Shown in pieces: positions 56,739 to 64,000 of a DNA stretch of 64,000 nucleotides. Under the pieces are notes generated by a model. The model was not told where the DNA came from and made no database searches. It was given only the letters and a program-made list of their open reading frames with translations. How positions within the stretch are numbered: the first letter of the stretch is position 1; every line of letters begins with the position of its first letter. Location of the stretch: positions 310,001 through 374,000 of the IMG/VR virus record IMGVR_UViG_3300042261_002385; one strand, 5' to 3'. The position numbers were made by a program, and so were the translations under genes.

Positions 56739-57365
56739 ATGTCTTACTTAAAAATGGGGTTCAACTTTCTGAAATACCTCTTAATTTCTAATCCGATTAA
56801 GTTATTGATGTTGATTACTGCTATTATTCTATTTAGTAACGCAGGAACAATACCCAGTGAATACGTTTACTATGATTTAGTATCACAATCAAAAGACGGA
56901 AATACTAATGTTTATGTTATCAGGTCTCATGAATCAAATGACGACAGCTCTTATGATATTTACTCTTCAAATAAACCTCAGAAAGTTATCAACAATCAGC
57001 TAGTACTTTGGGATTATCATGATGGAAATGTAGTGCTTTATGTGTTTTCAGCTATTCTATCTTTAGTTTTACTAATTTTGACAATTTTTGGTATTGTAAA
57101 TGATGATGATGAGATCGGATGGGACATAAAGAGTTGTTATACAAAGGCAATAACGACTCTTATTTATTGTGAATTAGAAGGAGAAATTTATTATTATATG
57201 ATTATGGGTAGATTAATTGAGAAAAGAAAAGACCAAATAAGATTTACTTCAAATTTAGCAAGAGAAATGAGAATATTTAATATGTCTGATGTATATAGAC
57301 TTCCAAAATTTTCAACAAAAACTCAAAAAAGAAACAACATTTTAAATAAATTAGGTATAAATTAA
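56739..57365 (+). CDS. Membrane protein ending KRNNILNKLGI
   Basis: Two TM segments; TAAATTTG 5 nt upstream. Confidence 0.7.
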   Translation: MSYLKMGFNFLKYLLISNPIKLLMLITAIILFSNAGTIPSEYVYYDLVSQSKDGNTNVYVIRSHESNDDSSYDIYSSNKPQKVINNQLVLWDYHDGNVVLYVFSAILSLVLLILTIFGIVNDDDEIGWDIKSCYTKAITTLIYCELEGEIYYYMIMGRLIEKRKDQIRFTSNLAREMRIFNMSDVYRLPKFSTKTQKRNNILNKLGIN

Positions 57366-57366
57366 T

Positions 57367-57612
57367 ATGTCAAGTTCAAAAAATTCAAGTTCAGGTCTAA
57401 GTTTAGCAGGTGTGTTATTCATAGTATTTTTAGTTCTTAAACTAACTGGAAACATTGATTGGTCGTGGTGGTGGGTTACTTCACCTCTTTGGATACCACT
57501 TGGACTAGCAGTTTGTTTTTTCTTTATAATTCTTTTTGTAGTAATGTTACTTCTGATATTTGGCTTTAGTCCAGATGATTTAAAGAATAAGTTTGAAAGA
57601 TATAGAAAATAA
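57367..57612 (+). CDS. Small Trp-rich phage membrane protein
   Basis: LFIVFLVLKLTGNIDWSWWWVTSPLWIP, a motif common in phage small membrane proteins. Confidence 0.8.
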   Translation: MSSSKNSSSGLSLAGVLFIVFLVLKLTGNIDWSWWWVTSPLWIPLGLAVCFFFIILFVVMLLLIFGFSPDDLKNKFERYRK

Positions 57613-57640
57613 AAAAACCAGTCTTAATGACTGGTTTTTT
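57611..57640. terminator. Bidirectional intrinsic terminator
   Basis: AAAAAAACCAGTC-TTAAT-GACTGGTTTTTTT. Confidence 0.8.
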
Positions 57641-58080
57641 TATATTTTTTCAAACTTTATAGTATTAAATATACATTTCACATTGCCTATCATTGATAGT
57701 CCTTTACCACCAACTTGAATTACCTCACCAACATTTATATCAGTAACTAAATCCATTGAATTGTCAGTACTTACAACTAACCAATTGTTTGTATTATCGT
57801 TTAATACTTTTACAGCACTTGGTGTATTTCTATGAGATTGACTTAAATCAATTTCCTTATCTTTGATTAACTTAAATGAACTAGAACTCTGGAATATTTT
57901 AACCTTTGCTAAGGGTTTTAACATCAATTCATTGTTTTCATTTCTTGCTAATAAACATTCAACTTCTAATACATCTGGTGTTCCTGGATTTATAGTAACT
58001 AAAAATCTATCTATGATTTGAACACCGTCTTGTTTATGTTGTTCGTAATTGAATTCCTCAAATATTTTTATATATCTCAT
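57640..58080 (-). CDS. Hypothetical protein with CTS-like N-terminus
   Basis: Starts MRYIKIFEEFNYE. Confidence 0.72.
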   Translation of the reverse strand: MRYIKIFEEFNYEQHKQDGVQIIDRFLVTINPGTPDVLEVECLLARNENNELMLKPLAKVKIFQSSSSFKLIKDKEIDLSQSHRNTPSAVKVLNDNTNNWLVVSTDNSMDLVTDINVGEVIQVGGKGLSMIGNVKCIFNTIKFEKI

Positions 58081-58168
58081 AATCTATTATTATTTATATT
58101 TCATTATATATTTATTCAGAAAATTGAATTTTTAATTCTTTTTTTCCAACACCACTTTAAAAAATTTT

Positions 58169-58546
58169 CTAATCTCTTGGAAAATCCTTACCTCTTTCAA
58201 CAACTTTCACTTCCCAATCTTTAGGTTGAAAAATCTCTTTAGTAAGTCTAACAGCTTTATCATAATCAAAAGGCTTACAAGAAAAAATATCTATAAAACA
58301 ATATCCTTTTTCTTCAAAAGAATGAACAGAAATATGAGATTCCGCAATTATAACAATTCCAGTAATTCCCCTATCTTCAGGAACTAAACCTTCATAAGGA
58401 AAAACATATGGTTGTGTGATTGGAGTCATTTGGATTAACTCAGGTATATTTTTTAAATAATCAAAGTGTAATTGATAATTAGATAATATATCTTTAGGAC
58501 ACCCTTTTAAGTCAAGGGTGATGTGAGGTCCAAATGCGTCTTCCAT
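58169..58546 (-). CDS. speD: S-adenosylmethionine decarboxylase proenzyme (class I, pyruvoyl)
   Basis: GPHITLDL.GC, GITGIVIIAESHISVHSF.E.GY.FIDIFSC (E/S autocleavage site). Confidence 0.88.
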   Translation of the reverse strand: MEDAFGPHITLDLKGCPKDILSNYQLHFDYLKNIPELIQMTPITQPYVFPYEGLVPEDRGITGIVIIAESHISVHSFEEKGYCFIDIFSCKPFDYDKAVRLTKEIFQPKDWEVKVVERGKDFPRD

Positions 58547-58618
58547 CGTTCATAAATTTTATTTTTTTAATTGAAGATTTATATAGTAAAAAAATTTGTT
58601 TCTTTTCTCGGAAATCCT

Positions 58619-58626
58619 TAAATTTG
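58619..58626 (+). promoter_or_regulatory. Bacteroidota-type -7 promoter element TAnnTTTG (also at 6588, 14597, 56726 on +; 45336 and 49360 on -)
   Basis: Exact TAAATTTG or TATATTTG in intergenic positions just upstream of genes; matches the established Bacteroidota primary-sigma -7 consensus. Confidence 0.65.
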
Positions 58627-58630
58627 TTAC

Positions 58631-58890
58631 AAGGTATTTAAGTTATACCGAAACCTAAATTAACAAATATCCTGTAATAAGCCAAGACGGCAATCTATGG
58701 TAAATAACAGGCTAACTTTTGCCGAGGTTAGGGGATAATAAATCTGTTGGTCCCGCAGTAGATGTCAGTATCAGTCATACCGATACGGTCGAACTAAAAG
58801 GTGTATGACAGGTGGATGAAATGTGAATTCTGAAACCATTTTGAAACCGATTAGTGTTTGATTCACACAGACACAATCGGTTTTTTTATT
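58631..58890 (+). ncRNA. Candidate structured non-coding RNA of unknown class
   Basis: ORF-free, GC-enriched relative to flanks, promoter at 58619, terminator hairpin at 58844-58887, several helices and complementary loops CGGCAA/TTGCCG. Confidence 0.65.
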
Positions 58891-59640
58891 TTAGTGTTTT
58901 AAGTTATTTTCTAAGGTGAAATGAACATTAACACTTATATTTCTTGACCACGCATAAGGCATTGCTGAACCAGCAACTTCAAAAGAAATTCTAAAACTAC
59001 CTCTTTCGTAATCTAAATTACCTAATAATTTTTGAGAAATTTCTTCAACTAAATCAAATAAACTTTGTTCAAATTTATTTAGTGATTTACCACTTCCTCT
59101 TAGTGTGGAAATATCAGTCGATATAATACCATTATCATCAAATTTACTAGTAATAGTCATATTTCCATGCCAGATATCTTGAATATTTTTATTTAAAGAA
59201 ATCCTTAATTCTTCTTGACTAAAATATCCTACTTCTTCATCATCTAAATCAACAGAATGTTTTTGTATATCATAATCCATAAAATTTAATTCAAAGTCTT
59301 GGTCATACAACTCAACTAGACAATTGTTAATCATATTTAGCGTCTCAGGATTATAAGCTGGATCACGATGTCTTAGTTCTCCTGTCTCATCAGACTCTTT
59401 AACATGAGTTACTCCTTTAGCTGGCGCTAAATCTCTTAAATCAGTTACCTCAGATGGTTTTCCTTTTTTTCTCTTACTTTTAGTTCTTAAATAAAAAGAT
59501 GGATCTCCTGAACCATCCATAGCTCCGACACCTGGTAAACTTCCAACTGTTGCTGATACTACAGGTCCAGCTCCAGCAGTTGAGGAAGCAGTTGCTACCG
59601 CATTTTCTTGAAACTTTTTATATGATTTGATATATCTCAT
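58891..59640 (-). CDS. Two-module hypothetical protein with CTS-like N-terminus
   Basis: MRYIKSYKKFQEN; Ala/Gly-rich then basic segment ending HVKE/S, followed by an acidic globular domain. Confidence 0.72.
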   Translation of the reverse strand: MRYIKSYKKFQENAVATASSTAGAGPVVSATVGSLPGVGAMDGSGDPSFYLRTKSKRKKGKPSEVTDLRDLAPAKGVTHVKESDETGELRHRDPAYNPETLNMINNCLVELYDQDFELNFMDYDIQKHSVDLDDEEVGYFSQEELRISLNKNIQDIWHGNMTITSKFDDNGIISTDISTLRGSGKSLNKFEQSLFDLVEEISQKLLGNLDYERGSFRISFEVAGSAMPYAWSRNISVNVHFTLENNLKH

Positions 59641-59658
59641 TTAGATATATATTAAATT

Positions 59659-59883
59659 ATGAAAAATAGAATTGACCTACATGGTATAAAACATGAAAAT
59701 GTCCAAAGAGAGTTAGACCAATTTTATTGGGAAATGATGCAAAAAGGTCACTCTGAAGTTGAAGTTGTAACTGGTATATCTAATAGAATGAAAGAGATAG
59801 TCAAACAGGTTTCTGAAGATTATAACTTTACGGTTTTAGAAACTACAATAAATCCTGGAGCTTTAATAGTAAGAATAAAATAA
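59659..59883 (+). CDS. Smr-domain protein
   Basis: RIDLHG...V...L..F......VEVVTG......N.GAL.V.I. Confidence 0.7.
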   Translation: MKNRIDLHGIKHENVQRELDQFYWEMMQKGHSEVEVVTGISNRMKEIVKQVSEDYNFTVLETTINPGALIVRIK

Positions 59884-60165
59884 TTAAAGATATTTTATTT
59901 CAGAATAAAGAGGTCTATTTACTCTATGTGACATATAACCTTCTATACCTCTTGAGTCTAAACCTAATTCCTTAATCAACTCTTGAGAGTATTGAACAGG
60001 ATTTTTACCCATTTCTATTTCTGACTCAATGTCTAAACGATTTATTAACTCTCTTACTTCAACCGCGCTCATATTTAACTTACCTAATTGTCTTCTTAAT
60101 TCATCAACAAATTCTTCCGGTGTGTAGTTTGATTCAAATAATTTAAAAGACTTTAAGTGCTTCAT
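59884..60165 (-). CDS. Small hypothetical protein with CTS-like N-terminus
   Basis: MKHLKSFKLFES; TAATATATA 4 nt upstream. Confidence 0.75.
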   Translation of the reverse strand: MKHLKSFKLFESNYTPEEFVDELRRQLGKLNMSAVEVRELINRLDIESEIEMGKNPVQYSQELIKELGLDSRGIEGYMSHRVNRPLYSEIKYL

Positions 60166-60211
60166 AGTTTATATATTAAATATATAATTTGTAAGATTAA
60201 TATATACTTTT

Positions 60212-61669
60212 ATGATAAGCAAATATTTAGAATTTATTAACGAGTCAAAAGAACTCATTTTAGAATCTGACGTTGTCTATTCTAAAATGTTTAGAACAGC
60301 ATTAACAAAGATTGATAGCCCAATATCAAAAATACTTTTGGATGTAGAAAATAAAGACCTACCAGTAGCTTCAAACTATTTTGATTTAGCTAGAGGAAAA
60401 AACGACACACTTTCTGTTATTCCAGATAGAAAAGCTAAAGAGATTTTAGAAGATACAAAAGAAATGGTTAGATTTACTGGCTCAGGTGGTGGTTGGTTAA
60501 AACACTCAGATGCTAACACATCTATATTCCAACAATTAGGATATGAACCAGAAGGTGAAGTTTATCAACCTAATTCAACTGCAATAGGTGAGGTAGTTTC
60601 AAAAGTAACATCACAAACATCAGGAAAAGTTTGGTGTTATGTGAAATTTCCAGACGGTAAAGGTGTTTATAATCAAGAGAAACTTAGAGTAGTTGATGAG
60701 AGACTAAAAGAAGTTTGGTCAAAAAATAGACAAGAAGTTAGAATAGGAAGAGCTATAAGAGCACTATTAACAGTAGCAGGTGAGAATGTTTTGGATAAAG
60801 ATTTAGAGGTTTTTGTAAATCTTTGGAAAGCAACAATTGATAAAATGAATGATAGATTCCAATATTTTGATGTAGTTGAAGGCCAAGATATCGGTCACTG
60901 GTATCACTACTCTAACTACAAAGAAAGAAGTGGAAGTCTTGGTTCTAGTTGTATGTCAAATGTAAATTCTAATTATTTCGATATCTATATGACAAATACA
61001 GATGTTTGTAAATTAATAATACTTAGATCTGTTGAAGATGATTCTCTAATTGTTGGAAGAGCTTTACTTTGGACACTTACCGATGGTAAAAAATTTGTTG
61101 ATAGAATTTACACAATTCAAGATTCAGATGTTCAACTTTTTAGAGACTATGCAAGAGAGAATGGTTGGTATACAAAACAATATAATTCATCTTCAGATTC
61201 TGGTAGAGCAAATGCTCCTGATGGAACACAAGTTGATTTAGGAAAAATTACCGTAGATATTAAAGCAGGAATGTATGAAGCTTATCCTTATTTAGATACT
61301 CTTAAATATTTTAAACCAAGAGAAGGAACACTTTCTAATGTGAGAACTGGTCGAGGTGATGAATATACATTAGAGGACACTTCTGGTGAACTTTGGAGAT
61401 GTGAATACTGTGGTGGATCAGGAATGCAAACTTGTGGTAACTGTGATGGGGACGGTTATTGGGATTGTCACAGATGTAGTGGATCTGGAGAAAGAGAGTG
61501 TGGTGAATGCGATGGTTCTGGAAAGGTAGAGGGAGACGAAGGTGAAGAGGAGTGTCCAGAATGTGGTGGGTCAGGAAACAATGAATGTTCATATTGTGAT
61601 GGTTCAGGAAGAGAAGATTGTGATGATTGCAACGGAAGAGGAGAACACTCTTGTTATGAATGTCAATAA
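60212..61669 (+). CDS. Hypothetical protein with C-terminal DnaJ-type CxxCxGxG zinc-finger repeats; paralog of 1885..3003
   Basis: Seven CxxCxGxG units (CEYCGGSG to CDDCNGRG) plus CYEC; GSLGSSCM, GRALLW, DRIY core; starts MISKYLEFINES. Confidence 0.82.
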   Translation: MISKYLEFINESKELILESDVVYSKMFRTALTKIDSPISKILLDVENKDLPVASNYFDLARGKNDTLSVIPDRKAKEILEDTKEMVRFTGSGGGWLKHSDANTSIFQQLGYEPEGEVYQPNSTAIGEVVSKVTSQTSGKVWCYVKFPDGKGVYNQEKLRVVDERLKEVWSKNRQEVRIGRAIRALLTVAGENVLDKDLEVFVNLWKATIDKMNDRFQYFDVVEGQDIGHWYHYSNYKERSGSLGSSCMSNVNSNYFDIYMTNTDVCKLIILRSVEDDSLIVGRALLWTLTDGKKFVDRIYTIQDSDVQLFRDYARENGWYTKQYNSSSDSGRANAPDGTQVDLGKITVDIKAGMYEAYPYLDTLKYFKPREGTLSNVRTGRGDEYTLEDTSGELWRCEYCGGSGMQTCGNCDGDGYWDCHRCSGSGERECGECDGSGKVEGDEGEEECPECGGSGNNECSYCDGSGREDCDDCNGRGEHSCYECQ

Positions 61670-61672
61670 TTT

Positions 61673-62386
61673 ATGAAGAATATAATAACCAATTTTAGGA
61701 TTTTTGAAAAAAAAGAAATTGAAAAAGAGCAAAAATTTCAGCCTTCTAGTGAAGTGCAAAAAGAAGTTGACCGATTCGAAACAAGGTGGGAAATTAAGTT
61801 AGATCCACGTTTCACTATGAAAGAGATAGAAATCATTTCAGAAGGATTAGAATATTATAATACTAAATTTATTAAAAGTAGAATTGATAGAATAATTAGA
61901 AAAGATTTAGGTGGAGTTCATGGTCGTTGGAAAAATACCGAGACAAAAAAATGGATGACACTAAATCCTAGAATCTTTAATTTTAAACGTAGATGGAAAG
62001 ATGAAGACACTGATATACCATATGCACTTTTCACAGTAGTTCATGAGATAGCACATTGTGTTGACTACTTAGAAAAAATATCGTTCTCAAAAAAGTGGCA
62101 AGCAATCTCTGGTTGGAAAAAATGTGATATCAATGATAGAATACCAGAAGGATACAAAAGATATATTGAAAAAAGACCAGGTAGAAAATTAACCGGTCAT
62201 AAAAAATCAGGATGGATTTATAAAGAAGGTTCTGACTTTTGTAGAAAATATACGTCTCGAAATCCAAGAGAAGATTTCGCTGACTGTTTGGCATTTGTAA
62301 TTTTAGGATTTGAAGAAAAACTAAAAGGAGAAGGAGGCTTGAAAAAGCTTGAAATCATTAAGCAATTACTCAAAAAGATAGATTAA
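61673..62386 (+). CDS. Zincin-like metallopeptidase
   Basis: HEIAH followed by Y..RNPREDFAD (downstream Glu ligand). Confidence 0.68.
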   Translation: MKNIITNFRIFEKKEIEKEQKFQPSSEVQKEVDRFETRWEIKLDPRFTMKEIEIISEGLEYYNTKFIKSRIDRIIRKDLGGVHGRWKNTETKKWMTLNPRIFNFKRRWKDEDTDIPYALFTVVHEIAHCVDYLEKISFSKKWQAISGWKKCDINDRIPEGYKRYIEKRPGRKLTGHKKSGWIYKEGSDFCRKYTSRNPREDFADCLAFVILGFEEKLKGEGGLKKLEIIKQLLKKID

Positions 62387-62441
62387 TTTGAAATTTTAAG
62401 TGTTTTTTACTTTATATATAACTTAAAAATAAATTTAAGAT

Positions 62442-63272
62442 ATGTTATTAAAAGTAGGAAGTAAGGGAGATGATGTAAAAAAACTCCAAACAAAATTAGG
62501 ATTGACATCAGATGGTTCTTTCGGACCTGGAACTGAAAAAGCAGTTAAGGCTTGGCAAACAGCAAATGGACTAAAAGCGGATGGTATAGTAGGTGATGGA
62601 ACCTGGTCTAAACTATTCGGAGAATCAGCTCCAGTAGCTGCAGCAAAACCAGCAGTTGTAATACCACCATCCGATTTCAAATTGGAAGCACTAAAAGGAC
62701 ATATTCCAGATGCGGTTATAGCTCAAATACCGGATACAGCAGCAAAATTTAATATCACAAATCCATTGAGATTGGCTCATTTTTTAGCACAATGTGGTCA
62801 CGAAAGTGGTGGATTTAAAGCAGTTTCAGAAAATCTAAACTATTCAGCCAAAGGATTACTTGGAACTTTTCCAAAATACTTTAACGCTACAACAGCTGCT
62901 CAATATGAAAGAAAACCAGAAATGATTGCTTCAAGAGTTTATGGTGGAAGAATGGGCAACGGAGATGAATCTACAAAAGAAGGATTTAAGTTTAGAGGAA
63001 GAGGATATATTCAATTAACTGGAAAATCAAACTACACTAATTTTACGAAATTTATTGGAGAAGATTGTATTGCAAATCCAGATTTAATTGCTACAAAATA
63101 TCCTTTAGCTTCAGCAGCTTTCTTCTTTGATTCAAATAAACTTTGGTCAATATGTGATTTAGGTTCATCTGATGATGTTGTAACTAAAGTTACTAAGAGA
63201 GTTAATGGGGGAACTATTGGATTAGCTGATAGAATTAAACACTTTAAAGAATATTATGCTCTATTAAAATAA
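62442..63272 (+). CDS. Endolysin: peptidoglycan-binding domain plus GH19
   Basis: LKVGSKGDDVKKLQ..L....DG.FG..T..AV..WQ...GL.ADGIVG; FLAQCGHESGGF, FRGRGYIQLTG, VTKRVNGG.IGL.DR. Confidence 0.95.
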   Translation: MLLKVGSKGDDVKKLQTKLGLTSDGSFGPGTEKAVKAWQTANGLKADGIVGDGTWSKLFGESAPVAAAKPAVVIPPSDFKLEALKGHIPDAVIAQIPDTAAKFNITNPLRLAHFLAQCGHESGGFKAVSENLNYSAKGLLGTFPKYFNATTAAQYERKPEMIASRVYGGRMGNGDESTKEGFKFRGRGYIQLTGKSNYTNFTKFIGEDCIANPDLIATKYPLASAAFFFDSNKLWSICDLGSSDDVVTKVTKRVNGGTIGLADRIKHFKEYYALLK

Positions 63273-63326
63273 AAATCAAAAAAATGATTTTAGAAAATAA
63301 TATATAAAAAAAATAATTTTACTAAA

Positions 63327-63665
63327 ATGAAACATGTTAAAACTTTTGAAGGTTTCTTTTCAAGATTATTCGGAGGAGACAAAATCGGAGACTGTGACAA
63401 AATGACTACTAATAGAGATGGTGATGGTATTGAAGGTATGGGTACTGATTATGTAATATTTGGTGGTAGAAAATTCGAAGAAGATGATATCGTTTATGCT
63501 GATGCAAAAGACCCAAAAAACAACGGATTTGAGAATAAATCAGGTATCTTACCAAGAATTGGTTACAGAGAGAAAGATTCAAAAAACGACGGAAAACTTA
63601 TTATCCCAGGTGGTGATATGTTGAAAAAATGGTTGAAATCTAGAGGACTCGGAAGTAGAATATAA
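63327..63665 (+). CDS. Hypothetical protein with CTS-like N-terminus
   Basis: MKHVKTFEGFFS; TAATATATA upstream. Confidence 0.72.
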   Translation: MKHVKTFEGFFSRLFGGDKIGDCDKMTTNRDGDGIEGMGTDYVIFGGRKFEEDDIVYADAKDPKNNGFENKSGILPRIGYREKDSKNDGKLIIPGGDMLKKWLKSRGLGSRI

Positions 63666-63669
63666 CTAT

Positions 63670-63700
63670 TAAAAACCACTCAATATTGAGTGGTTTTTTT
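63670..63700. terminator. Bidirectional intrinsic terminator
   Basis: AAAAACCACTCAA-TA-TTGAGTGGTTTTTTT. Confidence 0.8.
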
Positions 63701-64000
63701 AATTTAATACTTCTTCTAATTTTATTTCTCTAATTACAGATTTATAAATATCAGGACTAGTTGAATTTAATATTTCTAAAACTTTTTTTCTATTAAAAAA
63801 ACCTTTATAATATGTTTTTTTATTTTCAATGAAATCACCATACTCAGCAGTTAAGTTTATGAAAAGATTAGGTTTGATTCTTAGTATACATTTATAAAGT
63901 ATACCACCAGTCTCATCATCATAAACACTTAATGTAAATGATTGCTCAAATTCAGAACCAACGTTAGAAAGCCCTGGTTTAAATCCTAATTTTTGAAACC
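63699..64000 (-). CDS. Partial hypothetical protein (5' end beyond the window) ending IREIKLEEVLN
   Basis: Manual translation is open from the right edge to TAA at 63699-63701. Confidence 0.7.
   Translation of the reverse strand, partial: FQKLGFKPGLSNVGSEFEQSFTLSVYDDETGGILYKCILRIKPNLFINLTAEYGDFIENKKTYYKGFFNRKKVLEILNSTSPDIYKSVIREIKLEEVLN

Noticed and set aside
58631-58890. Known RNA classes (tRNA, tmRNA, SRP, RNase P, SAM riboswitch for speD, twister, hammerhead)
   Set aside because: No T-loop or CCA end, no GGAA/AGCAG S-domain, no GAGGAAAGUCC, no SAM-I core on the speD strand, no CUGAUGA; partial GGUCCC and UAAC resemblance to twister lacks the remaining core.

Overview
AT-rich, gene-dense segment of a very large (jumbo/huge) T4-related tailed phage in standard genetic code. 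The host is most likely Bacteroidota: no Shine-Dalgarno sites are evident, TAnnTTTG promoters are present, and purA, def, rpiB and a small lipoprotein look Bacteroidota-like. Contents: (i) T4-like replication/recombination genes (UvsY-like, sliding clamp, only the C-terminal half of a split family-B polymerase, gp61-like primase, UvsW); (ii) a baseplate/tail cluster (19.2-36.6 kb) whose large proteins carry several different peptidoglycan-hydrolase domains; (iii) many host-like auxiliary genes (ppk2, infC, clpP, FKBP PPIase, def, purA, purN, dNK, 5'-nucleotidase, rpiB, speD, aminotransferase, AsnRS-like enzyme); (iv) many hypothetical genes. Most notable signals: about 20 unrelated proteins share a T4-like N-terminal capsid-targeting-type peptide; about 10 other proteins share a C-terminal R[DE]xK[IL]xx[IL] motif; three promoter classes can be read from the sequence, often only 4-6 nt from the start codon; two tail hydrolases share a 20-aa acidic motif; and a free-standing ~260-nt structured RNA candidate (58630-58890) has perfectly complementary 6-nt hairpin loops. 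All family assignments are from motif recognition by eye; no searches were run.
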